Source: an uncultured Thiotrichaceae bacterium
GTDB taxonomy: Bacteria; Pseudomonadota; Gammaproteobacteria; SZUA-229
Assembly: GCA_964651445.1 (NCBI GenBank)
Contig: CAZYYW010000002.1
Coordinates: 66-64,065 of the forward strand
Direction: 5' to 3'
Length of the DNA stretch: 64,000 nt
Under the pieces are notes generated by a model, which saw only the letters and a list, made by a program, of their open reading frames with translations, made no database searches and was not told where the DNA came from. Position numbers and translations under genes: made by a program. Below are positions 17,414 to 27,709 of the stretch, piece by piece (within the stretch, counting starts at the first letter, position 1; every line of letters begins with the position of its first letter).

Positions 17414-18102
17414 TAGTGAAAAATAGCCACTCGCTTACACGCTTGTTGCTGTTCGCTTTGTTAGCGACATTTAATTATGGCAATGCCAATGCGCAGAATA
17501 TTGAAGATGCTGTAGAAGCCATGCGTTCGGGTGACTTTGCCATCGCATATTGTATTATGCGACCCATTGCAGAACAGGGTGACGCGGATGCGCAATACAA
17601 TCTTGGTTGGATGTATGTCAATGGTTACGGCTTACGCGTAAATGATAGTCTGGCGCTGGATTGGTGGAAAAAAGCATCGCGACAAGGTCATGTCGATGCT
17701 AGTTTTTCGATTGCCATGTTATACAGTTTGGGCGAGGGTGAGGTGCGTAAAGACACCAATGCCGCAATCGACTATTACCTGAAAGCCGCCGATGCTGGCC
17801 ATGAAGATGCTCTCTCAATTCTGAAATTCAAGATCGTCAGCAATGATCGATTTGTTGACGGTCGTATGCACTCCATTATTCGTGGTCGTGAGACCCAGTT
17901 TGGCATCGAACGGCAGGTGAAAACAGAAAGATTGAATGCTCGAAGTGAACCCACGACGGAATCGAGAGTGGTGGGCAGACTATTAAAAGGTGATACGGTT
18001 CTGGAGCTTAAAAAACAGGGGCGTTGGAGTCAGGTTATTATTTTGGGTAACGAAGAGATTGAGCAAGCGGTCTGGGTTTATAATCCCTTGTTAGTCAATT
18101 AA
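17410..18102 (+). CDS. Sel1-repeat (TPR-like) protein with a C-terminal SH3-like domain, exported
   Basis: It has a signal peptide (LLFALLATFNYGNANA), repeated GDADAQYNLGWMYVNGYG / GHVDASFSIAMLY / GHEDAL Sel1 motifs, and a C-terminal LNARSEPTTESRVVGRLLKGDTV SH3b-like segment. Confidence 0.7.
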   Translation: MIVKNSHSLTRLLLFALLATFNYGNANAQNIEDAVEAMRSGDFAIAYCIMRPIAEQGDADAQYNLGWMYVNGYGLRVNDSLALDWWKKASRQGHVDASFSIAMLYSLGEGEVRKDTNAAIDYYLKAADAGHEDALSILKFKIVSNDRFVDGRMHSIIRGRETQFGIERQVKTERLNARSEPTTESRVVGRLLKGDTVLELKKQGRWSQVIILGNEEIEQAVWVYNPLLVN

Positions 18103-18130
18103 TAGAGCTGTCCTTTAGCCTACACACCGC

Positions 18131-18703
18131 TTAATATTCTCCCATCAGTTTGCGAATACGGCGGACATAACCGCGCGTTTCACTTGGTACGAATGGCTTT
18201 ATATCTTCCCAGTTTTTTTTCTCAACATTGGCACGTTTAGCGGCTCTTAGAATACGACCATAGCCTGCATTATAACTGGCGAATGTTAAATACAGTTTGT
18301 CTTGCGCGGCGACTTTTTGAAACTTCCTATACAGCATGCGATTGTAATAAATACCCGCAGCGATATTTCTCTTGTGCGCTTCCAGTTTACTAAAATGCGG
18401 ATTTTTTTCATTAATTTCAGCATATGTCGCGGGCATAATTTGCATCAGGCCTCGTGCACCAACGTGACTTTCCGCGTCGCGTAACAGGGCTGATTCGGCA
18501 ATTGCCTGCGCTTTAAACCAGTGCCAATCGAATAAGGGGCCAAAGTAACGTTTGCTGTATTTTTTAAAATAGCGATCGTATCGGTCGGTCCATTTGTCTG
18601 AATGTACTGGGGGGTCAATGAAACGCGCGTGGACACTTTGTGTATTTAGGCTTAACGCCAACGACACCGATAAAATAAAAACAGTAAAACGCATGGTTTT
18701 CAT
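18131..18703 (-). CDS. lytic transglycosylase (SLT domain), exported
   Basis: AIAESALLRDAESHVGARGLMQIMPATY...SYNAGYGR is the SLT catalytic signature. A signal peptide is present. Confidence 0.8.
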   Translation of the reverse strand: MKTMRFTVFILSVSLALSLNTQSVHARFIDPPVHSDKWTDRYDRYFKKYSKRYFGPLFDWHWFKAQAIAESALLRDAESHVGARGLMQIMPATYAEINEKNPHFSKLEAHKRNIAAGIYYNRMLYRKFQKVAAQDKLYLTFASYNAGYGRILRAAKRANVEKKNWEDIKPFVPSETRGYVRRIRKLMGEY

Positions 18704-18723
18704 CGAGTGATTAGTGGCGGTTA

Positions 18724-18951
18724 TTAACTTAAACCAAGACCAATGACCAGTCCCATCGATGTGCCTACACCAATGAAAATACCCATCACCATTAAACCGA
18801 CCGCAACATTGCCTTTGCCTAATTCGTCACTGATGCTAAATGTAACCATCTTGTTTAGCATGGTGCAACTGAACTTCATAAAAAACAGGGTTAATAGACC
18901 GCCAAGTACAACATAAATGAAATTTAATATTATCGGTGGGATGTCAATCAT
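18724..18951 (-). CDS. DUF350-family small membrane protein
   Basis: 75 aa with two to three TM segments and a NVAVGLMVMGIFIG pattern. Confidence 0.5.
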   Translation of the reverse strand: MIDIPPIILNFIYVVLGGLLTLFFMKFSCTMLNKMVTFSISDELGKGNVAVGLMVMGIFIGVGTSMGLVIGLGLS

Positions 18952-19079
18952 AATAAAACCTGCCTACGTTATGTTGTATGTGTTTAATCGTTGTATTTGA
19001 ATTCCATATTGTTGTCGCCGTCCGGTTGTTTTTTACCGCTCACTCAGTTTCCAGTGCCTATTTTTTTCACACCATCCAC

Positions 19080-19403
19080 TTATTTTCCGCCACCAAGGCA
19101 CTGCGGTGAATCGGGAGATTTGCCTTTTTTAAACCATTCTTCCATGGTCATTGTGTGCAGCGCCAGTGCATGGATACCGCCTTCGTCGCGCTCTTTTTGC
19201 AATTCTTCCGCCAACACTTTGTTGACCAGACGATGACGAGAAATGAGCATTTTGTCATTAAACTCGTCGCACACAATGGTCACCTTAAAATGCGATTCTG
19301 AACCTGTTGGCACATTGTGCATATGGCTTTCATTGACCACTTCAAGGTGTTCTGGGGTAAAGGCGCTTTGCAGTTTTTGCGTGATGTTGTCTTGTATACT
19401 CAT
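19080..19403 (-). CDS. bolA: BolA-family transcriptional regulator
   Basis: MSIQDNITQKLQSAFTPEHLEVVNESHMHNVPTGSESHFKVTIVCDEF...RHRLVNKVLAEEL...IHALALHT is collinear with E. coli BolA. Confidence 0.85.
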   Translation of the reverse strand: MSIQDNITQKLQSAFTPEHLEVVNESHMHNVPTGSESHFKVTIVCDEFNDKMLISRHRLVNKVLAEELQKERDEGGIHALALHTMTMEEWFKKGKSPDSPQCLGGGK

Positions 19404-19472
19404 GTTCTCATCATAGCACAATGTCTATCCGCCCAAAACGAATTAAAAGTCACCAATTAAAACCGGTTTTGT

Positions 19473-20180
19473 TTAGTTTTCTGCTGTTTGCCAGCGTTCA
19501 TCACGGTAAAACTGCAGCGGTTTGAAATTGCTTTTGTAGTGCATTTTGGCGTGGTTTTTAATCCAGTAACCAAGGTAGACATATTCCAATCCCAGACCTT
19601 TCGCATACTCAATCTGTTTGAGAACGCAGTAGGTGCCAAGGCCATCTTTTGCCATTTCTGGATCGAAAAAACTGTAAACCGCGGAGACCCCATCGCTGAC
19701 AACATCGGTAACAGCAAGGGCGACCAGATGGCCATCAAGACGATACTCCAGAAACTGAGTATGGCTCCATTTACAGTATAAAAATTGTTTGAAATCATCT
19801 TCTGTTGGGTTAGACATGGAGCCGTCAGTATGCCGTGAATTTAAGTATCGACGGTAAAGCGAAAAATATTCTTGGTTAAAACCTGCGCTAACAGCGGTGA
19901 GTTTTAGCGCATTATTTCGTTTCAAGCAACGCTTTTGTGAACGGTTGGGTTTGAATGTATGAACCGGAATGCGGCAGGCGACACAGGCCTGACATTGCTT
20001 GCAGTGGGGGCGGTAACAGTAGCTGCCGCTGCGACGAAAGCCGTGTTGAATTAATTGATTGTAAATCGGCATAGTCAGCCGTAATTCGGGGTCTGGTACC
20101 AAATTGCAGCTTGTTCTGTCGTCATAATAACTACAAGGCGAGTCGGTGGTGGTGTAGAGCTGTAGATGCCGAGAGGTCAT
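19473..20180 (-). CDS. bpt: arginyl-tRNA--protein transferase / Asp-Glu leucyltransferase
   Basis: 235 aa. The CSYYDDR...HGFRRSG...YRPHCKQCQACVACRI and YVYLGYWI motifs belong to Bpt/ATE. Confidence 0.85.
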   Translation of the reverse strand: MTSRHLQLYTTTDSPCSYYDDRTSCNLVPDPELRLTMPIYNQLIQHGFRRSGSYCYRPHCKQCQACVACRIPVHTFKPNRSQKRCLKRNNALKLTAVSAGFNQEYFSLYRRYLNSRHTDGSMSNPTEDDFKQFLYCKWSHTQFLEYRLDGHLVALAVTDVVSDGVSAVYSFFDPEMAKDGLGTYCVLKQIEYAKGLGLEYVYLGYWIKNHAKMHYKSNFKPLQFYRDERWQTAEN

Positions 20181-20328
20181 GGTTTTAAGTTTAGCGTGAG
20201 CTGAACAAAAGGCAACGCCTACTGCTGCCTGTTAGCTACATAAATGGTCGTTGGTTATCACCATTTCAAGGCATCCTAGGCATAAAATGCTATAATCGTC
20301 CGTTATTTTTTATAGTCGTTATAATATT

Positions 20329-23300
20329 ATGGCATCAAATTCTGATCAACACTCAGCGGCACGCGAACAGCGAATCGCCCAGCTTAAGCAAGCGCTGGAA
20401 CAGCGCATATTAATTCTTGATGGTGCTATGGGTACAATGATTCAGCGCCATAAGCTGGATGAAACTGCCTATCGTGGTGAGCGTTTTGCTGACTGGCACA
20501 GCGACTTAAAAGGCAATAATGACTTGCTAGCGATTACTCAGCCGGACATTATTCAGGGCATTCACGAAGATTATCTTAACGCTGGCGCAGATATTTTGGA
20601 GACCAATACCTTCAACTCCACGCGCGTTGCCATGGCCGATTACGACATGGAAGATATTAGTTATGATATTAATGTTGCTGCCACCGTACTGGCGCGAAAA
20701 GCAGCGGATAAAATTGGCAGCAAGGATAAGCCGCGTTATGTTGCCGGCGTATTAGGTCCGACCAACCGCACCTGTTCGATTTCGCCAGACGTGAATGACC
20801 CCAGTTTTCGAAATATCACCTTTGCTGAGCTGGCATCTGCCTATGCCGAATCAACACGTGCGCTGATTGAAGGTGGCGCAGACATTATTCTGATTGAGAC
20901 TATTTTTGATACGCTAAATGCCAAGGCAGCTATTTTTGCCGTTAAACAGGTGTTTGCCGAAGACGGTGTTGAATTGCCGATAATGATTTCAGGCACCATT
21001 ACCGACCAATCGGGCCGTACTTTAACCGGCCAATTAACGGAAGCGTTTTATAACTCATTGCGCCATGCCGACCCGATTTCCATAGGCTTGAACTGCGCGT
21101 TAGGGCCAGACGATTTGCGTCAGTACGTGGAAGAAATGTCACGCATTACCGAAGTCTATACCTCGGCGCATCCCAATGCTGGTTTGCCCAATGAAATGGG
21201 TGGTTATGATTTAGATGCCGACGATATGGCAGTAGCGATTGGTGAATGGGCAGACCGAGGTTTTCTTAATATTGTTGGTGGTTGTTGTGGCACCACGCCG
21301 GATCACATCCGCGCTTTTAGCAAAATTGTTGCCGACAAAAAACCACGGTTAAAACCAGACTTGCCTGTGCAGTGCCGATTGTCTGGTCTGGAGCCATTCA
21401 ATATTGGTGAGAATTCCTTATTTGTTAATGTTGGAGAGCGCAATAACGTCACTGGTTCGGCGATGTTCAAACGCTTAATCAAAGAAGAAAAATATGAAGA
21501 AGCGTTAAGCGTTGCCGCTGAACAAGTTGACAACGGCGCACAGATTATCGACATCAACATGGATGAAGGCATGTTGGAATCGAAAGAAGCGATGGTTAAA
21601 TTTTTGAATCTGATTGCTTCAGAGCCAGACATTTCGCGTGTGCCGGTCATGATCGACTCCTCTAAATGGGACATCATCGAAGCGGGTCTGCAATGTGTGC
21701 AGGGCAAATCCATTGTTAACTCCATCTCGCTAAAAGAAGGTGAAGTAAGCTTTATCAAATATGCCCAGTTGGTGCGCCGTTACGGTGCCGCCGTTATCGT
21801 TATGGCATTCGATGAAGACGGGCAAGCCGACAGCTATGAGCGCAAAGTTGAAATTTGCACACGCTCCTACAAAGTGCTGACCGAAGTGGTTGGTTTTCCG
21901 CCGGAAGATATTATTTTTGACCCCAATATTTTTGCCGTGGCAACCGGCATTGACGAGCACAATAATTACGCGGTCGATTTCATTGAAGCCACGCGCACCA
22001 TAAAACAGACATTGCCACACGCAATGATTTCTGGCGGTGTGTCAAATGTTTCGTTTTCGTTTCGCGGCAATAATCCTGTACGTGAAGCCATTCACTCGGT
22101 TTTTTTATACCATGCAATAAAAGCCGGCATGGACATGGGTATCGTTAATGCTAGCCAGCTAGCCGTTTACGATGATTTACCCAAAAATCTTCGTGAGGTG
22201 GTGGAAGACGTTATTCAAAACAAAGACGATCAGGGCACCGATCGCCTGCTGGATATTGCGCCACAGTTTTTCGGTGGTGGCAGCAGTGCCAAAGAAAGTA
22301 AAAAAGATTTAACGTGGCGCGAACTACCGGTAAATAAACGTCTGTCGCATGCACTGGTAAAAGGCATCACTGAATTTATTGATGAAGATACCGAAGAAGC
22401 CCGTTTACAGGCAACGCTAACCTTGCATGTAATTGAAGGCCCGTTAATGGACGGCATGAATATTGTCGGCGATCTATTCGGTGAAGGCAAAATGTTCTTG
22501 CCGCAGGTAGTGAAGTCAGCACGGGTCATGAAAAAAGCAGTGGCTTATTTAATGCCTTACCTTGAAGCTGAAAAAGGCGGCGAGATAAAAACCAATGGCA
22601 AAATTTTAATGGCGACTGTGAAAGGTGATGTACACGACATTGGTAAAAATATCGTCGGTGTCGTATTGCAGTGTAACAATTACGAAGTCATTGATATTGG
22701 CGTCATGGTGCCGGCAGAAAAAATTCTCAGCGAAGCGAGACAACACGATGTTGATATCATCGGCTTGTCGGGTTTAATAACGCCATCATTGGATGAGATG
22801 GCGCACATGGCGGCAGAAATGCAGCGTCTGAATATCAAGGTTCCCTTGCTTATTGGTGGCGCGACTACATCGCGTATTCATACCGCTGTAAAAATAGATC
22901 CCAAGTATGATAATGCCGTGGTCTATGTGCCAGATGCCTCACGCGCGGTGGGTGTGGTTGGCGATCTGCTGAGTAAAGAGCGCAAAGTCGCGTATATGAA
23001 AAACATCAAAGATGAATATGAAGAAATGCGTATTCAACGCGCAAAGCGCACCTCGAAAAGAAAAACCTTTAGCATTCAGCAAGCACGTGACAATGCCTAC
23101 AAAGGTGATTGGGAAAATTACACGCCACCAAAACCTCGCTTTCTCGGCATAAAAACGTTTGAAGATTATTCACTGTCTGAATTAACCGCCTACATTGACT
23201 GGACACCCTTTTTTCACGCCTGGGAACTAGCCGGTAAGTACCCCAAAATTTTAAGCGATGAAGTAGTGGGTAAAGAAGCCACTACATTATTTAATGATGC

Positions 23301-24045
23301 AAAAGAAATGTTGCAGAAAATAGTCGATGAAAAATGGCTGAGTGCGCGAGCCGTCATTGGCTTTTTCCCTGCCAACAGCGTGGCGGATGATATAGAAATT
23401 TACACGGACGATGAACGAACAGAAGTTCGAACCGTGTTGCATCACCTGCGCCAGCAAATGGCAAAGCCATCGGATAGACCCAATAGTTGCATCAGCGACT
23501 TTGTTGCGCCAAAAGATTCTGCCAAGCAAGATTATGTCGGCGCATTTGCAGTGACGGCTGGCATCGGCATCGATGCGCATGTGCAGCGTTTTGAAGATGA
23601 CCATGATGACTACAACAGTATTTTGCTAAAAGCACTGGCGGATCGTCTCGCCGAAGCATTTGCAGAACGTATGCATCAACGTGTGCGCAAAGAGTTCTGG
23701 GCTTATGCTGATGATGAAGGTTGGTCCAACATCGAGTTGATTGCGGAAAAATATCAGGGTATACGTCCGGCACCGGGTTACCCTGCTTGCCCAGATCACA
23801 CCGAAAAAGCGACCTTGTGGTCATTGATCGAACCGGAAAAAAATGCCGGTATCAGTATTACCGAAAGCTTCGCCATGTTGCCCACGGCGGCGGTATCGGG
23901 GTTTTATTTCTCGCATCCAGACGCGAAATATTTTGGCACCGGAAAGATACAGCGCGACCAAGTAGCAGACTACGCCAAACGCAAAGCGGATGAATTGTCG
24001 GTAACCGAGCGTTGGCTTTCACCAGTATTGGATTACGACACATGA
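20329..24045 (+). CDS. metH: cobalamin-dependent methionine synthase
   Basis: 1238 aa and full-length collinear. It has the Hcy-binding, pterin-binding, B12-binding ([11 protein letters not shown]) and AdoMet activation domains. Confidence 0.95.
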   Translation: MASNSDQHSAAREQRIAQLKQALEQRILILDGAMGTMIQRHKLDETAYRGERFADWHSDLKGNNDLLAITQPDIIQGIHEDYLNAGADILETNTFNSTRVAMADYDMEDISYDINVAATVLARKAADKIGSKDKPRYVAGVLGPTNRTCSISPDVNDPSFRNITFAELASAYAESTRALIEGGADIILIETIFDTLNAKAAIFAVKQVFAEDGVELPIMISGTITDQSGRTLTGQLTEAFYNSLRHADPISIGLNCALGPDDLRQYVEEMSRITEVYTSAHPNAGLPNEMGGYDLDADDMAVAIGEWADRGFLNIVGGCCGTTPDHIRAFSKIVADKKPRLKPDLPVQCRLSGLEPFNIGENSLFVNVGERNNVTGSAMFKRLIKEEKYEEALSVAAEQVDNGAQIIDINMDEGMLESKEAMVKFLNLIASEPDISRVPVMIDSSKWDIIEAGLQCVQGKSIVNSISLKEGEVSFIKYAQLVRRYGAAVIVMAFDEDGQADSYERKVEICTRSYKVLTEVVGFPPEDIIFDPNIFAVATGIDEHNNYAVDFIEATRTIKQTLPHAMISGGVSNVSFSFRGNNPVREAIHSVFLYHAIKAGMDMGIVNASQLAVYDDLPKNLREVVEDVIQNKDDQGTDRLLDIAPQFFGGGSSAKESKKDLTWRELPVNKRLSHALVKGITEFIDEDTEEARLQATLTLHVIEGPLMDGMNIVGDLFGEGKMFLPQVVKSARVMKKAVAYLMPYLEAEKGGEIKTNGKILMATVKGDVHDIGKNIVGVVLQCNNYEVIDIGVMVPAEKILSEARQHDVDIIGLSGLITPSLDEMAHMAAEMQRLNIKVPLLIGGATTSRIHTAVKIDPKYDNAVVYVPDASRAVGVVGDLLSKERKVAYMKNIKDEYEEMRIQRAKRTSKRKTFSIQQARDNAYKGDWENYTPPKPRFLGIKTFEDYSLSELTAYIDWTPFFHAWELAGKYPKILSDEVVGKEATTLFNDAKEMLQKIVDEKWLSARAVIGFFPANSVADDIEIYTDDERTEVRTVLHHLRQQMAKPSDRPNSCISDFVAPKDSAKQDYVGAFAVTAGIGIDAHVQRFEDDHDDYNSILLKALADRLAEAFAERMHQRVRKEFWAYADDEGWSNIELIAEKYQGIRPAPGYPACPDHTEKATLWSLIEPEKNAGISITESFAMLPTAAVSGFYFSHPDAKYFGTGKIQRDQVADYAKRKADELSVTERWLSPVLDYDT

Positions 24046-24171
24046 TAATCTGTCGGTTTGTTTAACGAGTAGTATTTTTTATATAAATGCCTGAATTCAA
24101 GTAATAAGTGCATAACCGATTGTTTTAAAGGATAAATATAGTTGCTAGAGTCGCAGTGTTTTATTGGTGGA

Positions 24172-24188
24172 TGTCAGAATTATTGACA
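24172..24188. promoter_or_regulatory. palindrome TGTCA-N7-TGACA, candidate enhancer (bEBP) site about 150 bp upstream of a sigma54-type promoter
   Basis: It is a perfect 5+5 palindrome. The distance and geometry fit an upstream activator sequence. Confidence 0.3.
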
Positions 24189-24329
24189 GATTGAAATTTC
24201 GAGTCTTTTTTTGCAATAGCGTGCAAGCATCAACGTAAATGAATAAAACGCGATATATCGGCTATATATCAACGATTTAAGTTGCATTATTTACAGCTAG
24301 CCAGTGACTTGGCATCAAATTAATTATAT

Positions 24330-24345
24330 TGGCACGATTGCTGCT
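24330..24345 (+). promoter_or_regulatory. sigma54 (-24/-12) type promoter TGGCAC-GATTG-CTGCT
   Basis: GG at 24331-24332 and GC at 24343-24344 give the exact GG-N10-GC spacing, with a perfect TGGCAC -24 box. Confidence 0.45.
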
Positions 24346-24355
24346 TACTATTTTA

Positions 24356-24515
24356 TGTGCTCAATTGATTAAACGATTAATTGCTTCGATTAATTGCTTG
24401 GGGGCAAGGCTCATGGCTGAACATGGAGTGTTATATGTGTTTTGCGGTTTTCCTGAGTTAAGACTCTTTCATCTATTAACCGGTGCCATTGATAACTTTG
24501 GCGCCGGTTTTTTTT
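24356..24515 (+). ncRNA. candidate sigma54-dependent small transcript of about 160 nt (small RNA, or mRNA for a 38-aa peptide)
   Basis: It is bounded by the sigma54 motif and an intrinsic terminator. It contains a perfect tandem 13-mer CGATTAATTGCTT x2 (24374-24399) and a possible ORF at 24413-24529 that runs through the terminator. Confidence 0.3.
24478..24515 (+). terminator. rho-independent terminator
   Basis: AACCGGTGCC-(12-nt loop)-GGCGCCGGTT forms a 10-bp stem with one G-U pair, followed by a T-run (TTTTTTTT including the stem Ts). Confidence 0.6.
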
Positions 24516-24550
24516 GGTCTATGCCATAACAAAAGGACATAAAGATATGA

Positions 24551-24705
24551 CACAGAGTCACAGAGTGTGTTTAAAGTTACGCACGGCTACTACAGATAAC
24601 TCTCAATAGCATCAAGATTGGTGACTCTATATAAACGTTATAAATTATAACTCTGTGACCTCTGTGGTCTCTGTGTCTATAAAAATAGATGTACTGCCCA
24701 CTTAA
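24551..24705 (-). mobile_element. MITE-like element of about 155 bp, family B, copy 1 (CACAGAG-repeat ends)
   Basis: Its reverse complement aligns with 57041-57202 (TTAAGTGGGCA.TACATCTA...TATAGACACAGAGACCACAGAGGTCACAGAGTTAT...CACCAATCTTGATGCTATTGAG...TTTAAACAC.CTCTGTG). It directly abuts MITE A copy 2. Confidence 0.7.
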
Positions 24706-24870
24706 GGAACCTCTGAATAAGTCGTGAATCGGCATCTTGCAGGTTAGCTTATCCTGCTTCCGCGTTGTGAAACTTCGCAATAGCCAGCTATTACGCGCGT
24801 TCCACGCCTTGAACCAGAACAAGCTAATCTGCAATCTGCTCGACTCAGACTTGTTCAGAGGCTCCTTAAA
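24701..24870 (-). mobile_element. 170-bp MITE-like element, family A, copy 2
   Basis: 168/170 identical to 12062-12231 in reverse orientation. It ends 79 bp upstream of the uup ATG. Confidence 0.8.
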
Positions 24871-24949
24871 TGACACCGATCTTTTTTTGGCGTAAATATT
24901 TGTGTGGCACATCACTAGTAAGTCGCCAGCGATGCTGTAAAATCCGCCC

Positions 24950-26839
24950 ATGTCACTCATTCGATTACGCAATATCCAGGTTAGTTTTGGCGGTCCTGCC
25001 ATTTTAGAAAGCATCAGTGTGTCCATAGAAGCCGGCGAACGCCTGTGCTTGCTAGGCCGAAACGGCACAGGGAAATCCACCTTATTAAAAGTCATCTCCG
25101 GTGAGATAAAAGCCGACAGTGGTGATTTTGAAAGTAAGCAGAATCTAAAAATTGCCGTGCTAGACCAGGAGCCGCGGGGCGATTTAGAAGGCAGCATTTT
25201 TGATGTGGTGGCAATGGGCTTAGGTAAAAATGCAAAATTGCTGCAAGATTATCACCATGCCCTGCATAACTTTACTGAAAATCATAACGATCAGACCACG
25301 GCTGAGTTGGGGCGGGCGCAGAATCAGGTGGATATTCACAACGCCTGGCAGCTGAACCAGCAGGTCGAAGAAGTATTAAGCCGTATGCAACTCGATGGTG
25401 ATGCGGATTATGGCTCACTTTCCGGCGGCATGAAACGTCGCGTTCTGCTGGCAAAAGCGCTGGTCATAAAACCCGATATTTTGCTACTGGACGAACCCAC
25501 CAATCACCTTGATCTAGCTGCCATTCAATGGCTGGAAGAGCAGTTGCTGAACTACAAAGGTGCGCTCATGTTCATTACTCATGACCGCTCGTTCATGCGT
25601 AAATTATCCACCTGTATTATTGAACTCGACCGCGGTCGCCTGACCAGTTACCCCGGTAATTACGATACCTATCTACGGCGAAAAGCCGAAGCGTTGCATG
25701 CCGAAGAAATGGAAAATGCGCATTTTGACAAAAAATTAGCACAGGAAGAAGTCTGGATTCGTCAAGGAATCAAAGCGCGTCGTACACGAAATGAAGGCAG
25801 GGTACGCGCATTGGAAAAAATGCGGTCAGAACGTAACCAGCGACGCAATCAGGTGGGCAAGGTTAACATGAACGTAGCGCAGGCTGATCGTTCGGGCAAA
25901 CTGGTTGCCGAAGCGGAAAATGTTAGTTTTGATTATGAGGGTAGAGTACTCATACAAGGCTTAACTGCCACCATTTTACGCGGCGATAAAATAGGCATTA
26001 TTGGTCCCAACGGCGTTGGCAAAACAACCTTGCTGCGCTTGCTGCTAGGTGAACTGGAACCCAGTGCCGGCAGTATTAAAAATGGCACAAAACTCGAAGT
26101 TGCCTATTTCGATCAGTTTCGCTCACAATTAGATGATAATGCCAGTGTTATTGATAACTTGTCGCAGGGCAGAGAATTTGTCGAAATCAACGGCAAGCAG
26201 AAACATGTTATCGGTTACCTGCAAGATTTTCTGTTTGCGCCAGAACGCGCGCGTTCGCCAGTGAGTATGTTATCCGGCGGTGAGCGTAATCGTTTGTTGC
26301 TGGCACGGTTATTTTCCAAAGCATCGAATATATTGGTGATGGACGAGCCAACCAATGATCTTGATATTGAAACGCTAGAGTTGCTTGAAGAACTGGTGAT
26401 GGACTACAAAGGAACCGTACTACTGGTGAGCCATGATCGCGAGTTTGTTAATAATGTCGTCACCAGTACCCTGGTTTTTGAAGGTGATGCCCAGGTTAAT
26501 GAATATGTCGGTGGTTATGATGACTGGTTAAAACAATCTCAGTCTAGTAATAAAAAGGCAAAGCAGTCGAAAAAAAATGAGTCGGATGCCGCATTGAGAA
26601 CAACGGACAAAGCCAAATCAGAGAGCAAGAAGCTGAGTTACAAAGATCAGCAAGAATTGGATGCGCTACCGGCACAGATTCAAACATTGGAAGGTGAAGT
26701 AGAAGTTTTACAGAGCGCCATGGCTGATGAAGCCTTTTATAAGCAGGAAAAGCAACAGATTATGAAAGTGCAAAAACAAATGGAAGATTGTCAGGCTAAG
26801 TTGGCGCACTGCTATACTCGTTGGGAAGTGCTGGATTAG
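24950..26839 (+). CDS. uup: ABC-F family ATPase Uup
   Basis: 629 aa and collinear with E. coli Uup (MSLI..., two ABC cassettes, KLAQEEVWIRQGIKARRTRNEGRVRAL linker, C-terminal coiled coil). Confidence 0.9.
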   Translation: MSLIRLRNIQVSFGGPAILESISVSIEAGERLCLLGRNGTGKSTLLKVISGEIKADSGDFESKQNLKIAVLDQEPRGDLEGSIFDVVAMGLGKNAKLLQDYHHALHNFTENHNDQTTAELGRAQNQVDIHNAWQLNQQVEEVLSRMQLDGDADYGSLSGGMKRRVLLAKALVIKPDILLLDEPTNHLDLAAIQWLEEQLLNYKGALMFITHDRSFMRKLSTCIIELDRGRLTSYPGNYDTYLRRKAEALHAEEMENAHFDKKLAQEEVWIRQGIKARRTRNEGRVRALEKMRSERNQRRNQVGKVNMNVAQADRSGKLVAEAENVSFDYEGRVLIQGLTATILRGDKIGIIGPNGVGKTTLLRLLLGELEPSAGSIKNGTKLEVAYFDQFRSQLDDNASVIDNLSQGREFVEINGKQKHVIGYLQDFLFAPERARSPVSMLSGGERNRLLLARLFSKASNILVMDEPTNDLDIETLELLEELVMDYKGTVLLVSHDREFVNNVVTSTLVFEGDAQVNEYVGGYDDWLKQSQSSNKKAKQSKKNESDAALRTTDKAKSESKKLSYKDQQELDALPAQIQTLEGEVEVLQSAMADEAFYKQEKQQIMKVQKQMEDCQAKLAHCYTRWEVLD

Positions 26840-26883
26840 AATTGTGAGCGGGATCTGCACGTGCTTTTTATAATACAGGGTGA

Positions 26884-27657
26884 ATGATGAGAAAAATCAA
26901 AATAACCATCATGTTTATTGCTTGTGCGTTTATTTGTTTGCCGTCATTTAATTTAATGGCCGAGCAAACAGGTTTTCGCGGTAAGGTATTAAAGTTTAAC
27001 GGCGATGTTGAAATCATTAACGCCAAGGGCGAGAAACGCATGGTTAATAAAATTAATCAGCCGTTAAATGAAATGGACACCATTGTGACTAAAAAAGGCG
27101 CGCGTATTGTCGTGCAATTTGATGATGGTTCGCTCTCTGTACTCGATGAAAAAAGCCGTTTGCGGGTAGAGCAGAGCAGTTGGTTTTCTTACCTTGGTGG
27201 TAAGGTCTACTTCACCTTTAAAAAAGTGTTCGGTAAACCTCGTCACGTCAAAACACGCGCCGCTACTATTGGCATTCGCGGCACAACCTTTATTATCAGT
27301 GAGACTGAAAACCAAGGTGGCGAGTCAGTGGCATTAAAAGAAGGTCTGTTAGATATAGAATCCACCGGTCCGGCATTTGAAATTCACAAGAAAAAAGTTG
27401 TCGATGAATTTGCACAGTTTAAGCAGCAGCACCAGCAGGCAAAACAGGCAATGAACAACGAATTTGAACAGTACAAACAACAAACACAAAAAGACTTTGT
27501 CGAATATCGCCGCCAGTTTACATTGCAGCCAAATCGCGTAATCAGCCTGTCAGGTTTTCGCGTAGACGAAACCGCAATGACCGATACCAACCGTGCCGAC
27601 TTCGCAGCGTTTGAAGCAGAAGCAGAAGATTTACTAAGGCAGTTCAGATCGCAGTAA
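26884..27657 (+). CDS. exported FecR-domain protein with a Q-rich coiled-coil tail
   Basis: It has a signal peptide. The pattern GDVEIINAKGE...GARIVVQFDDGSLSVLDEKSRLRV...IGIRGTTF resembles a FecR domain. Confidence 0.5.
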   Translation: MMRKIKITIMFIACAFICLPSFNLMAEQTGFRGKVLKFNGDVEIINAKGEKRMVNKINQPLNEMDTIVTKKGARIVVQFDDGSLSVLDEKSRLRVEQSSWFSYLGGKVYFTFKKVFGKPRHVKTRAATIGIRGTTFIISETENQGGESVALKEGLLDIESTGPAFEIHKKKVVDEFAQFKQQHQQAKQAMNNEFEQYKQQTQKDFVEYRRQFTLQPNRVISLSGFRVDETAMTDTNRADFAAFEAEAEDLLRQFRSQ

Positions 27658-27709
27658 AACGATTAGAAAATGTGCTATATCCGGCCTAGCTTTAAGATAT
27701 TGTTTGACG

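Noticed and set aside
24577-25197. 206-aa minus-strand ORF spanning the uup upstream region
   Set aside because: It is assembled from MITE B, MITE A and the antisense of the first 80 codons of uup. The peptide segment [46 protein letters not shown] is simply the translated repeat, and it also appears in the 12008-12277 ORF.
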